Below are positions 13,177 to 26,508 of a stretch of DNA of 64,000 bases, in pieces. Both the position numbers and the translations under genes were made by a program. The stretch spans positions 434,001-498,000 of the forward strand of contig NW_027117349.1 of NCBI RefSeq assembly GCF_038025025.1, read 5' to 3'. Positions within the stretch are counted from its first letter, which is position 1. Each line of letters starts with the position of its first letter. Origin of the DNA: Phyllosticta citribraziliensis (taxonomy: Eukaryota). The notes under the pieces are model-generated. The model was not told the DNA's origin. It was given only the letters and a program-made list of their open reading frames with translations, and did no database searches.

Positions 13177-14107
13177 TTAAACGGTCTCGAGAACCGTCTC
13201 CTTGAACTCACGCTCGACCTGCAATTCCATGTTAGCCGTGTCCAGAGCGCACCGCGTCTTGTTTCCCTTACCTTCTGGCCGGACTCGTCGTGAGTCGACT
13301 CGCCGTGCAGCGAGAGGAGGGCGCCGAGGTCGAACTTGGGAGCCTTGAGGAGCTTGACCTTGCGGACGTGGACCTGTTCCATTGTCAACCACTTTTCTTC
13401 TTTCTTCTCGTTGTCCATTTCCAACGTACGTTCTGGAGGGGGTAGATGCCCTGGGCAGCCTTCTCAATCTCACGGCCAATGACCTCAGGGATCAGCTTGG
13501 TGGTGAGCTGGGAGAGGGTGCAGGCCGAGGCCTCGCGGGCCATGATCTCGGTCATCTTCTTGCGGATGGCGCGGATCTGCGACGACGCGGCGTAGGTGGT
13601 CTTCCTGATCTGGTTGGGGCGGCGCTTGGTGAAGGCGATGCAGAAAAGACGGATGAGGTAGTCATCGGTAGTCTTGACGACGACGTTGGCTTCGATCAGG
13701 GTCTGCCACTTGCGGACGAGGGAGCGGAGCTTGTCGGAGGTAAAGTCGAGGCCGTAGAAGTTGGTCAGGCAGTTCTTGCCCTGGACCTCGTCGACGCGGA
13801 GCTTGACCTTGCGGAAGGCGTGGTCCTCGTCCTTCTGGAGGTCGGCGAGCGAGACCTCGAATATCCGGCCCTTGAGGGCGTCGTTGGCGTTCTTCAGACC
13901 AGTGGTCCTGTTGACGAGAGTCTTGCCGACACTGCGAAATTCGGGTCAGCGGCTTGCAGTGCGCAGCTGGGCTTATGATGCGTACTCTCTGATCTGGAAG
14001 GTCGAAGGGGCCTTGACGGAGTACCAGTCCTTCTTGGCGAAGGGGTCGGTCCTCTTCTTGATGCCCTTCTTGCCCTTTGAGAGACGCTTGTTCTTGCCGA
14101 CAGCCAT
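13177..14107 (-). CDS. RPS1: 40S ribosomal protein eS1 (S3a/S1), multi-exon
   Basis: N-terminus [34 protein letters not shown]; also [15 protein letters not shown] and C-terminus [13 protein letters not shown]. Confidence 0.97.
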
Positions 14108-15100
14108 GATTGCGACCTGTGTTGGATGTCGGAGGGCTGGATCCGGGTTGTCGTCGTGTCGTCGCTGGTGTCGGCCGGCTCGCGCGTGTGGGTGGGAATG
14201 GAAAATCCAATCGCTTACTCGGCGAAACGTAGAAGCGAGCCCCGACCGCCTTTGTGCCAAGAAACGGCAGAATCAACATAACCGAGATCTGACCTAAGCA
14301 TTGAGCCTTGCCTCGGGCCCGTCACGCCCTTGTCGTCACTCATCAACCTTGCCGTCCCGGCCATCAATTCTCAGGTCCCGCCACTCCAGGATTGGACGAC
14401 GATGTTAGGTTCCCGGAAACTGGACGATCACCTGTCATGGTCTTTAGGGCATGCTTTGAGCTTGACATTTTCCTTTGCATTATTCAGTCGGCACCCAACG
14501 ACAGGCTCTACGCGTGGTGCGCTCGAGACGACGCGCTTCTATGACAACATCACCTGCACCAGCCACGGAGCACCGAGCGCAAGGACTGTCTGCGACTATT
14601 GTTGATTTCCAACCATCTTTACCACTGCACCGGGAACCGAGCTGCGCTAGGCATGTGTGCTCGAATTCTATATGAGGGATTCGCCGCTTCTCCCAGAGAA
14701 TAACATGCAATGGACATCCCATCCCGTCCGTCTGTTTTGCTTCATGCCGCAAAGGTTCCAACGCCTAATGCCGTGTCCGTCCGCTGGATGGACGCCTGCG
14801 CATGTGCCCTTCTTGCTGAGACTCCCGAAACGCCTGAAGTGGATATCTCCCGCCCTCAAGAGCAAGTCTCCCAGCATGGATTCGGTAGACCCCGAGTTTG
14901 GCCCTGCATAAAGGTCCCGGGACCTTCTCCGCATGGATGAGCGCATGCGGGCGCGGCACGACTGGGCGGCGGCGGGTGTTTACGAAACACCAAAAGTTTG
15001 AAAGCCAGCCAGTCAAGCCGCGGGGAACTCGGGGCCGTAGCCCGTCCAGGTGGGGACGAAAAAAACAAAATTTTCAAAATGGCAACCGAAAAATGCTCCG

Positions 15101-15635
15101 TCATGAGTGATCATCCTGGTCGTTGTCGCTTGCTTGGCTGTATTTTTCAAAGTCGGGAAAGCTGATGTAGCCACCTGAGAACCTGTTAGCGGAGATTCTG
15201 ACGTAGGGCTGCGTTTCAGGCAACGAACTTCCTTGCCGACTGTGGCACCAGTAGTCTGATGACGAGTCTGAGTGAATGCTATGCCGCTCCTCGGCTGGCA
15301 AAAACAATCAGCACCGCGCTGGGTAAACAGAGACGGGCTGCGTGGGTAGGGAGGCTCAGAGGTGGGGGGAGGCGAATAAAATAAAATAGGTACGTACCAG
15401 GTGACTGTGGAGGCGACGAAGGGTTTGATCTCCGCGACGAGTGAGAAGCCATCCTGGTGAGAATGGCAGCAGCTTTTGCCGGGGCCTGGACGCCAGTGTC
15501 GCTCCTCGTAGCGCAGTGGTGGGTGTTTAGTGACGGAGGAGAGACGCTCGAGGGAGTGAGGGGCGGGCGTTTGGAGGAGGCCTTTGCGGAGGATTGATTG
15601 GAGGAGATGGGAATGTAGAAGGACTTGTTGGTCAT
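15101..15635 (-). CDS. Small Ser/Pro-rich hypothetical protein of about 125 aa (exons 15635-15398, 15294-15229, 15174-15101)
   Basis: ATG in AAAATG context after a CT-rich leader; a GTACGT...CAG intron joins the frames; ends ...DYWCHSRQGSGYISFPDFEKYSQASDNDQDDHS*. Confidence 0.6.
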
Positions 15636-16584
15636 TTTGAGGGAGATGAGATTGGCGAGGGTTGGACGACTGAGTTTGGGAGATGAAAGGTCGAAGAAGG
15701 AGGAGTCGGAGGTGGTGGTCTTGAGAGAGGAGATGCAGAAGGCTTCTTGATATGCGGACAGGCGGGAATGCTTGGGGGGAAGGATAACCGGTTTTGGGAG
15801 AACCAATGGGCTGGAAGACAGAAAGTCAGGACAGAACGGGGGTGCGCTGTCAAACGTTTATACGCGGGCGCATGGTAAGCTCGACGAAGCCCAGTGCGAG
15901 GGCGAGAGCGCGGCCATTGGCCTTTGCGGGTGGGGAAGGCCGTGCAGTTGACCTGAGAGAACCCCTGACGAGGCCCGTCACGGCGAACTGGAACCTCAGC
16001 CCTTTTTGCCAGCCGCACAGCATTCACCCGCCCGCCTGCGCCGTGACGAAGTGCGCTTTCGACTGGCGGGCAAACAGACGCCGGCCACGTCGAGTCCAGG
16101 ATGGATGCCTGTCGGCCCAGGGCCCGGTGGGTTCCCTGCAAGACATCATGGCCAGACCAGGACGGCACCAGGACCAGGACCACCAAACGAGTCAGCAGGT
16201 CGACCGGTAGAGCCCAAGGCACGCGATCCGGAGAGTCCTCCCTGTTGCAACCAACCGGTCAGCCTCGACCATACGTAAAAGACAGCTTCACGGTCTCCAG
16301 TTTAGGACCCCTCCGGCCTGCAGCTGGTGGGCCTTCTCGTCGTCAGCTGGCAGAGCGGCAGGCGAAGCCCACGAAGCTTCCACGCTTCCATCCTCGGCCC
16401 GTGCCACGAACACGATGCACCGCAGCGCTGGCTTCATCCTTATGCAGCCGACATGCAGCCTTAGTTGTTCTGTATCGCCCTCTCTAATTCTGTCCAGCTA
16501 GTTGTCCAGTATCCAGCCTCCCGTCCCGACTGCGCCAACCACCGACCTGCCAAAATCCAACAAATCGTCTCCCAACGGCCCTCT

Positions 16585-16619
16585 CCCCCCCCCCCCCCCC
16601 CCCCTCTCTCTCTCTCTCT
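16585..16619. repeat. Poly-C run followed by a (CT)n tract
   Basis: Read directly from the sequence; lies just 3' of the URC1 stop codon. Confidence 0.85.
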
Positions 16620-16682
16620 TCCCCACAATTGATACCCGTGCCTCTCCGCCGCCGCCGGCGCGGGGCCCCGAAATCAATACTC

Positions 16683-18754
16683 TCAGTGCTGCCCTTTGCG
16701 TTAGCCCGGATCCCCATGCAGCGCTGCCAAAATATTGATGCGCAGACACTTACATCAACGTCTTCCCACGCGCGCCCTTGCACATTGGACAGCTCCTCCA
16801 TGGTCATCACCTTTCCTGTCGTGACTGTCTCCTGTCAGCCGTTGCACCACTCGCGTCCCCCTCAGCTCGACGTCGCTTACAGTAGCCAGCGTGGATCTTC
16901 GCGTCAATCTCGACCCGACTGTCGGCCGGAATCATGTCGTCGGGAATCGGGACGCGCTCAAGAATTGGAATTCCTTGTTCGACAATCGCGTCGTGTTTCA
17001 TGCTGCCGTCCCGGTCAGCTGGATTTCTCTTACGCAGGCGCGGGGCAGACGGCGCGCTTACTTGGACATGCTGAGCATGCGGTCGATCTTGGTGATGCCC
17101 AGCCAATGCAGAATCTGTTTGCCCAAGGACAGAGCTCAGTCATCCGTAGCCACCACATTTTTGGAGAAACTATTACTCACGTCTGGCATTAGCGCCTGGA
17201 ACCGCATGTCCTATCGCCATCGAGTTAGCTACGCCATGTGCGCCTTGACTAGATTGCTCGTAGCCCACCTTGACGCCTGCAATATTCTCCGTCCGCTTAA
17301 AGTACTCGCTCGCCTCTGCTCACACATTAGCTCCCCAATACGTCGACGCCGCACGCGCCAGACTCACTGTCGGTGCCACGTTTTCCTACAGTCGCCGTTA
17401 GTTATCCGCCTGCTATGCCTCCCCTTTTCTTCCGACTTACTTGCGTTGTACACCAAGTACTTGGTCACTTCTCCCAGAGCGCGCCCTTCCTTGCGGAAAT
17501 AGATGACGACTCCGCTCCCGCCCTTCTGCGCCTCCTTGACCGCCTCCTCGATGCCGAAAATGAGATACGGTCGGCAGGTGCAAATGTCAGACCCGAAGAC
17601 GTCGCTACCATTGCACTCATCGTGAACACGGAGAGCGAGTCGCACATTGGGATCTGACATCTTGGCCGGGTCGCCAAAGACATAGACCGTCAACCCGCCA
17701 ATCGGGGGCAGGAAGAGCTTCACGTCACCTCGTGTGATAAGTTCGGGATACGAGCCACCAGTCTCCTCAAATAGTGTCCTGCGCAGTGTTCCCTCGTCTG
17801 ATGTCTGTCAGCCCATACGCGTCTCGACAGGCGCGCAGCCGCCACTTACCGATTCCGAACCTCTCGGCCACGCCTGGGAGATACCACACGGGCTCCACGG
17901 CAAACTTGGTGACAGCCAGTTCTCCCTGCTCGTTGATGCAGATTTTGCCGTCGGGAACAAGTCGTCCCTTCTGAACGCTTTCTTGAAGCTCTGGCAGCTT
18001 CATGTGCGCCTTGGTCACTGCGATGGTAGGCCGAATTTCAACGCCATCCTTGTCAATGTGCTCCTTGTACAGCCATGGCGCCAGGTGACCGAGAGGATCC
18101 ATGGACACAATCTTCTTGGGGTCGCTCCATTGCGGGAACGGACCAATGTTTGTCGCGGGCTCTGTGTTGGTAAAGTCTGGCTTATGATTGATGTCGAGGT
18201 TTTTGCTCGCCACGGCAAGGGCATGGTAAATGGAGTACGAGCCACCGTGGGCGCCAATAGCTGCAAAGCACATTGTAAGCCACTCTTCTCGCCTGCAACG
18301 GCCAAGTGATCGACGTACCGTTTCTCCGCCTTATGGTGTTTGCGTGCCGCGACACGACGACGGGGCCTCTCACGGCGGGATCGACATGTCCCCACTGCAT
18401 CGGTATGGGGTCGACGCCAGCCTGGCCGGGGTACGAAGTCAAGATGATCTTGTTTAGGGAAACGCTGGATCGGCGCGGTGTGACCTCTGTGGCACCAGGA
18501 TCATACTGTTCACTAATTTTCTTGACGCTCTCGGAGGGCTTGGTGTCATCCTTTTGCGCCACGGCGGCGGTAGCCTTGCCATTGGACGTGACCTCCTCGG
18601 CCTTGTCCTTGACGTCCTTGATTCCAGCCAGAGTGTTGACGCGGCCATTGATGGCGTCAACTTGCGAGGTCAGTTGGACATTGTCGCGCTGGATGGCGTC
18701 GAGGCGGGACAGGATCTCGCTGAGCAGGGTAGTGGGGTCGTTTGCGGAAGCCAT
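16683..18754 (-). CDS. URC1: GTP cyclohydrolase II-like protein, URC1/urg1 type (N-terminal extension plus cyclohydrolase domain), many exons
   Basis: Motifs RGPVVVSR, AIGAHGGSYSIY, RVHDECNGSDVFGSDICTCRPYL, YFRKEGRALGEVTKYLVYN, DMRFQALMPD and EIDAKIHAGY; C-terminus GRAWEDVDH*. Confidence 0.9.
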
Positions 18755-19275
18755 AGTACGCAGGTAGCTGTGATTACGATTGGACAAGGTTTTTATTTCC
18801 AAGCTGGACAGAAGATATCTAAAGACAAAGAAGAAGAAGAGGAAGAAGATGAGGCTCGCAGGGTCCGGAGCTGGACCTGGTTGCTAAGATGCGGCGGAGA
18901 TGGCGATGGTGAGCGATTGATGTCGAGAGAGCAGAGGGAGAGAAGAGAGACAGGAGACAGGAGCCCTTGACAGGCCGTAAGGGGGCGGCTCTTTTGTAGT
19001 CGTCGGTGGCTAGCCAGATGTCGCCTAGAGATGATCAGTTTTACAGCCAGGGCAGCGCATAGCTGAGCACCTGGCCGAAGGCATCGCGGGGCGCAGCTTT
19101 ATCGCGCCGGCGGCTGCTTGCGGGGAGGGCGTGCCACGCATGTGGACCCCCTGCCGGCCAATCATGCCTCACCGCCTTGGCCAGCTCGCCTTTGCTCTTA
19201 GTCTTAGCTGCACAGCTATCGTCCAGCAAAACTCCATCAACCACACCACTCCATCCACCCGGACCCCGTCGCAAA

Positions 19276-20005
19276 ATGGTACGATAGCCGCCATCCTCTG
19301 CTCGGCCCCCGCCGCCCTTTCCCGCGCTGACCTTCCTCCCAGGGAAAACGCAAAAAGTCTTCGCGCGGTCCCGTCGCGCCCAAGAAGGTACGTTGCCTCC
19401 GCTGCCCGTCAGCCAGCCCAACACCACCCAAGCAAGCGGCAAGCCTTGCGTGTTCACCCATCGCGACACTGGCAACCCGCAAGCGCTCCCGATGCTCGCA
19501 CAAACTCTGCATGGTGGCGGTGACAAGCATGGTTGGCTAACGCATGGCTTGCGCCTGTTGTATAGAAAGAGGGTCTCGCATCCGTCTTCCAGTGCCTCTT
19601 CTGCAACCACGAAAAGTCGGTGACCATTCAGATGGACAAGAAAAGCAACATTGGAAACCTGCAGTGTAAAGTCTGCGCTGTCAACTTCCAGCAACCGATT
19701 ACGAGTAGGCCGCCCCTCATACACATCGCTCTCGTCTCCGGCCGTGCATATCAGGCCTAACCGCATCTCTCCCGTGAATAGGCATCTCGCAGCCCATCGA
19801 CGTCTACTACGAATGGGTTGACGCATGCGACGCCGTTGCGCAAGAAGAAAAGGACGACCGTGCCGACCTGGCCCTGCAAAACAAGCGGTATCGCGAGATA
19901 GACACCATGACAAGCCGCGACCGAACCGCAGCAACCCGAACGCGCGATGAGTTTATCGACGACGACGAAGCAGATGGCGAGGCTGATTATGCGGATGATG
20001 ACTAG
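19276..20005 (+). CDS. ELF1: Transcription elongation factor Elf1 (zinc ribbon), 4 coding exons
   Basis: Spliced MGKRKKSSRGP...FQCLFCNHEKSV...CKVC...PIDVYYEWVDAC with an acidic tail. It is missed by the ORF track. Confidence 0.93.
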
Positions 20006-21837
20006 AGCCGTATGAGGACGTAGAAGAAATCCTATGATGTAATAGCACATCAGGGGGCAAGAGCTTGAATCCTCCTGGAGCGTAAGGTCGACGGGGTGAC
20101 ATGGAAGACGTTCAAAAGCAGGGACAAGACCAGTAGACAACGGGGAAGAAAAGGGTGTGGCGACGGCACCACCCATCCAGCGTCGGCCTCATCGCCGATT
20201 TGAAAACGGTCGGCTGGCCGGCTGAGCTGGGATGGGGATTCTTCCTTTTCGGCAACGCGCAACAAGCAGCACTTTTGGGTGGGAGGCAACGCCCTGGTTC
20301 CTGGATCAAACTGAACAAACGTCCCTGCACGGTCACGGGAAGCAGAACGGATAGGGTAGGGATGTCGTCGGCGTTTTGGGCGTCTTTCAGGTACCGGTAG
20401 ACAGGGAAGGCTGCGTGAGCCAAGTCAAACTCCCTTCCCTCTCCCCCAAGCACAAGGTCAGGGGCAGGAGGGCAAGGGGTTGAACGGGATTTTGATTTTG
20501 ACCCGCCTTCACGCGACCGAAACCAAGTTTTTCCCCCCTCGGTTTGAGACGCGTCGAGTGGCTAGTCTTCAGGTACTGCGTTGGGAGACCTTTTCCGTAC
20601 CGATACCCCCGAGGAGCGCGTTGGTTGTAGCTTGCTCTTCTTGTACGTGTGATGACATCCTGTGGGAGTTTGGGGGGCGTATGTCACCACGTCAATTGTG
20701 CTTCTATTCTTTTTGCGGCGTCTAGAACCAATCAAAAGCTTGGAATATTGAAAGACGCAGATTCCTCCTACGTAGCGCGACGACGCGACGTATACACAAT
20801 TCTTGTCCACGCCCGACTACGGTGCATCCCATGTCAACAGGCCTTGAACCCCAGTACCCTGTGCCCCAAGCCATCCAGGCCAGCCACCCCTTCACCTAGT
20901 CAGGTACCGTACCGCATGGCAGTCACACGTTGCTACCCTATCGACCCTAGACTTTTGCTTGGGCACCAAGGTACCTACCCGACCTGCCTACCCCTAACGC
21001 CTCCCGCAACTCAAACAAACGCTACCCGTCTGGTCTCGACACGGTGTCGGCGCACGCGCACATGTGCGGTCGGTGGTCGGGACAGGGCTTGAGGAGTAGG
21101 AGGTAGGGAGGGAGCCGAGAGCACGGAGGTGGGACTGACGTCATTCCGGCGCTTGAACAGATAGATAGGTGCAAGATTGATACGTGGATAATCAATGGTG
21201 GGAGAACGGAAGAGGGGGCGACAGAAGGCACGTGGCTAAGGTGGGGAGAATTCTGCGCAGTGTACAGGACTGGTAGATAGTGGCATTCTGTCCTCCTGTG
21301 TACTGAGAACGAGAGAATACCAAGGAGTTACCAATGCTCCTCGGAACCTGACATGGGTGATTCAACAAGATGCCCACTGCAAAAGGCTCGTCGAATACCA
21401 CACCACTCGTCGAATTAGAACATATATGTATCTCCGTCCAGAATTCTGGTTATTTCGTCCTCATTGTCATTTTCAAGCTTGGCATAATGCAAAGCGATTT
21501 GAATGGAACTCTTCATTCTTTCTACATGGATGGTTTCGAGTTCACGCCATGTCTCTGGCAGTTGGCGCAATCCCATCCGCGACTGCTCGTCTTCATATAT
21601 ATATCTCAGCCCACGATCCTGACGCAGCAGGCATCCGCTGCTGAATGCACATGACCGCTCCAAATTGGGTGCAAGATGCAAATTTGGTGCCGTTTGGCAT
21701 ATGAATACCAGGAACCGGAGAAATGAAGATAAATGGTGAAATGGTGGGCCAGTGCGAGAATCTCGTCTTGTATGGCAATCAAGTAGGCGGGAGGTGGAAG
21801 AAATATGTCTGTTGTTGGTATATGTGAAGCTGGTCAT

Positions 21838-22776
<939 letters not shown>

Positions 22777-23532
22777 GGTTTCGGTTCTCGTCTCACGAGA
22801 GTGGAGGGTGGTGGTGTTGAGGGTACCGAGGAGCTGAGCAGAGGATGGATGAGAGGGCCGAGAAAGGTAAAATGATCTGCCGCGAAAGTTGAGGGCCACG
22901 GGCAGGAGAGGAGGTGGAAGAGGAGACGGGGAGAAGGGCGCGAGGAGAACAAGTAGTCACTAGAACTGGAGTGCAGCAGGTAAAATTTTGAGGAACTATT
23001 ACGTGAAGGCAAGAGGCGTGGGAGAGTGGAATGGTCATGATAGAGTGCTCGTGCATGGCCTGGGGTTGGCCGTCGGCCGGCCACCTGCAGTCCAGCCAGG
23101 GCAGGTCGATCAATCCCGAACCACCCATCCTGGACCCTCCGCTGCCTGACCGCCCGCCAGCCCGCCCGCCGCTCGGGCGCCGCATCCAGTTACGCCGGGC
23201 CAGCTTCGTCAACAAACCCATCCAACCCTCCTCACCTCCTCCACAACGGCCTCCAGTCTCGCTCTCACTTCGCCCTCTCTTCGGCTGTGCAACCACTCGG
23301 TACCGACCTACTTTGCGACTCAAATCCTGCCATCTCCCGCGACGCGCCCTCCTCCCGCACCTCTCTCCCGCCCCGCGGCGCGTCAAGTCTCACGTCGTCA
23401 TCCGTACCTCCTACAAACAGCTCGCCCTCCTGATTCACGCGCCGGAACCTCCGATCCGCCCGCAACCTCCATCACTTAAAATGACCTGAGCTCCCCCGCT
23501 TGTCATCAAACCTGCCACTGCTGCTCTCAAAC

Positions 23533-26508
23533 ATGGAACTTCCGCAGCGCCGCAGGAAGATGGCCACCTACGGCCGATCTTCACGCGTGTCGACCAGCTC
23601 GACGACCTACAACCTCTTTGGCGACGCCCAATCCCCAGAAAGATCGCGCGCCGCCAGACCCATGCCGCCCGACCCGCCATTGAAGAGACCTACCAAAGTT
23701 GGGCCTGCAGCGAGATCAAAGGCGGAATCGGCCTCACTCTCGGTGTTCGACTTTCCCTCCGATGACGACCAAGACATGAGGACACAACCCAAGCGCGCAC
23801 CCGCAAAGCTCCCCCGGCGCGCCGATAAGGGCCTGGAAGCACACGGTGGAAGTGAGGATTCTGCTTCAGAGCAGCTGAGACACGAAGAGGCCGTGGCCGA
23901 GACAAAGAGATTGTCGGCCAAGAGCAGCGATACATCCATTGTCAAAGGTGGGGGCACAACCACCGGCGACACCGATGTCAATGGTTCCTCCATCCCAAAA
24001 GGGCTTCGACGAGGCAAAGGCGTGGTCGAGATCCCGAAGCTGCCTGTGCGCAAGCTTGAAAAGTCAACTTCCAAAAGAACTCTGCCTGCGGATGACTCAG
24101 AGACCAAGAAAGCCGAGGGTCGCTCAGGTGCGGAGGAAAGGCCGTCAAAAGCGTTGAAGAGCAGGCGTGAGGACAGCCCCAGAAATGAAGCAGAGGCGAG
24201 CGCTCATTCAAACAAGTCTGGTCAGAGGGGAATTCGCAAGCAAAATTCTACAAATGTCTCAAAGGGCCAAGGACACCGGAAAACAAGCTCGTCTGCTGCC
24301 ATCTCTGAAACGGGTCGCACGGCGGAGTCTACGTCGGCCGCAAAGGTCCTCAGCATGGTCAGGTCGCGCCGCACTCAGGCCAAGCCGGAGAATATCAGAA
24401 CTGCCATGTCCAAGGGAAAGTCTGCCCCAGCTTTGCTGCAACAGATGCTCCCGTCCCCGGAGACCAAGCCATCCAGTCCTGCGGAACCTACAGTCTCCAC
24501 CCCAAAGCCTGAGCTATCCGAAGACGAAGACGCAAATGTGTCGTTCCCAGCAACGCCACCAGCCCGTACGTCGAATTCACCGTTTGGCACGGTCACTCCT
24601 CGCCAAAACCAAGCTTGGAGCAAATTGCTCGATTTTACTGAAAAGTCAAGTCCTGGTATAATCCCTCTCGATGAGCTCAAAATCACCAGCGCAGTCAACT
24701 CAAATCGGTTTCGAATGCAGCGTTCCGCATCGGACATGACAGCCGCAGCTGGAGCTCAGAAAAGGCGGTTGATTGACACCCTGAAACAAAACGCTACCCA
24801 GGATGAAAGCAGCGATGAGGAGGACGACGAGACGATGCTCGACGAAGAGGACCTCGTCGCTGCAAACAGCGCCAGTCAGTCGAAGCTCAAGAAATCGTTT
24901 GGAAATGACTCTGGAAGCTTCGAAAGGCTCGGGAGTTCGCAGGAGGCAACATCTTCCCAGTCCGTGGCAGCTGTGGCGACTGGACCGAAGCACACCTATT
25001 CCAACACCAGGACGTATCTGAACGACGGCAATCAGAATGATCTTTTCGACATCCCAATGTTTGAAGAGCTCGCACCGGTCCGCAAAACGCTTGTCTCACA
25101 GGACGACGACCTTGAAGACGGCGCCAGTGGCATGCGCAACATCCACGAGCTTCGAGCGGCCGGTACAGCCAGACGTGTCTTGGATGATCTTGAGGCTCTG
25201 CTGGATGATCTCGAGCAAACTAGTCCAAAGTCGATATCCCGCCGCCGCGCCGCGTTGCTGGAGCTGTGCCAAAAGCTTCAAGACAAGACCTACGTAGCGC
25301 GCATGACCGAGCACAGTTTGGGCCGTCGAGTTTTTGCTTCCTTGGCGAAGACAAAAGATCCGATACTCGGATTCGGCATGGCGTCTGCGATCGGAATCAT
25401 GGTTGTGGGAGAGGCTCCCCGGTCCACTCTAGAGGAAGTTTATCAGACTGGATGCTTGGGTACCTTGGCGTTCTTCCTCAAGATGAACACAGATATCAGC
25501 AAGATTGCAAGAGACCGGAAGACCAATATGTCGAGACTTGCACAAGGCTCTTGGGTCGAGTTCCGCGATGCCATTGGCGCAATCATGTGGCCAGAGAAGA
25601 CTCCTGAAACCATCTCCCCAGGCTCTGTGGCTCTCAAGACTTTGGAGATGGTGGTACGCAAATTGCGAGAGAGTGGCAATACAGAAGATCTCCTGGGTTA
25701 CCAAACCCTTGCGGATGTGGCCGAGCTTGCCCATGGGCCGACCCAGAAATTGGCAAGTGCCGCGGCGACTGAATCAGATATTGACACGCTCGAGCTCGTC
25801 CTTTCCACCCTCGAATCTGCTTCTATAAATGCCACCGCATGGAAGTCTCGGGGCGATGAGTCGATGGATCAACTCGTCAAGTCAGTCGACGCTTTACTCG
25901 TGCCAGAATTATCTTCTGAACAGCTCGACGCCCTCGCACGAAGGCTCATCCTCAACATCACAAACAACAACCCGAAAAATTGCGACGTCTTTGCAAAGGA
26001 CTCGCTTGTGCGGAACTTGATGCGGTCAATCAATACGCAATTCCAGGCTCTGAGCACTGATCTGGACGAGTTTGAGCACATGAAGACTGTCGAACACCTG
26101 ATCCTCTCCTGCGGCGTCTTAATCAACCTTGCAGAGTTCAGCGAACGTGCCAGAGCAGCGACGCTTGGCGATGGTGACGAGATCCTCGACTCGTTGGTCA
26201 CGACGTCCGTTGTCGGCATAGAGAAGGCGGCACAGGCGGAGTCGATCGACGTGGCACACTCGGGTGTGGCTTACGGATATCTCACCGTCTTGCTGGGCAA
26301 CCTGTGCCAGAATGCTGAGATCAGGGAGAAGGTCCGCGCGAAACTACCAGATCAGCGCTTTGACGTGCACATCCGCGCGATCCACCAGTTCCGAGTCATT
26401 CATCAAAAGGTCGATGGCGAAGCCTTTCAGGGTGAAGAAGGAACTGAAGTGTGGACGACGTTTACGGAACGCCTGCAGGGTGTGATTGACCGGCTCAAGA
26501 GCTATTGA
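23533..26508 (+). CDS. WPL1: Wings apart-like cohesin release factor (Wapl/Rad61/Wpl1 family)
   Basis: Single ORF of about 990 aa with a disordered N-terminus starting MATYGR. The helical C-terminal domain has IHELRAAG..LLDD..RRAALLEL, LNITNNN and GYLTVLLGNLC, typical of fungal Wapl. Confidence 0.75.
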   Translation: MELPQRRRKMATYGRSSRVSTSSTTYNLFGDAQSPERSRAARPMPPDPPLKRPTKVGPAARSKAESASLSVFDFPSDDDQDMRTQPKRAPAKLPRRADKGLEAHGGSEDSASEQLRHEEAVAETKRLSAKSSDTSIVKGGGTTTGDTDVNGSSIPKGLRRGKGVVEIPKLPVRKLEKSTSKRTLPADDSETKKAEGRSGAEERPSKALKSRREDSPRNEAEASAHSNKSGQRGIRKQNSTNVSKGQGHRKTSSSAAISETGRTAESTSAAKVLSMVRSRRTQAKPENIRTAMSKGKSAPALLQQMLPSPETKPSSPAEPTVSTPKPELSEDEDANVSFPATPPARTSNSPFGTVTPRQNQAWSKLLDFTEKSSPGIIPLDELKITSAVNSNRFRMQRSASDMTAAAGAQKRRLIDTLKQNATQDESSDEEDDETMLDEEDLVAANSASQSKLKKSFGNDSGSFERLGSSQEATSSQSVAAVATGPKHTYSNTRTYLNDGNQNDLFDIPMFEELAPVRKTLVSQDDDLEDGASGMRNIHELRAAGTARRVLDDLEALLDDLEQTSPKSISRRRAALLELCQKLQDKTYVARMTEHSLGRRVFASLAKTKDPILGFGMASAIGIMVVGEAPRSTLEEVYQTGCLGTLAFFLKMNTDISKIARDRKTNMSRLAQGSWVEFRDAIGAIMWPEKTPETISPGSVALKTLEMVVRKLRESGNTEDLLGYQTLADVAELAHGPTQKLASAAATESDIDTLELVLSTLESASINATAWKSRGDESMDQLVKSVDALLVPELSSEQLDALARRLILNITNNNPKNCDVFAKDSLVRNLMRSINTQFQALSTDLDEFEHMKTVEHLILSCGVLINLAEFSERARAATLGDGDEILDSLVTTSVVGIEKAAQAESIDVAHSGVAYGYLTVLLGNLCQNAEIREKVRAKLPDQRFDVHIRAIHQFRVIHQKVDGEAFQGEEGTEVWTTFTERLQGVIDRLKSY

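Noticed and set aside
16683..18754. Annotation as riboflavin GTP cyclohydrolase II (RIB1)
   Set aside because: The long N-terminal domain with AIGAHGGSY and the DMRFQ/EIDAKI motifs fits the URC1/urg1 subfamily better.
19041..19934. 297-aa minus-strand ORF
   Set aside because: Antisense to the spliced ELF1 gene and has no recognisable motifs.
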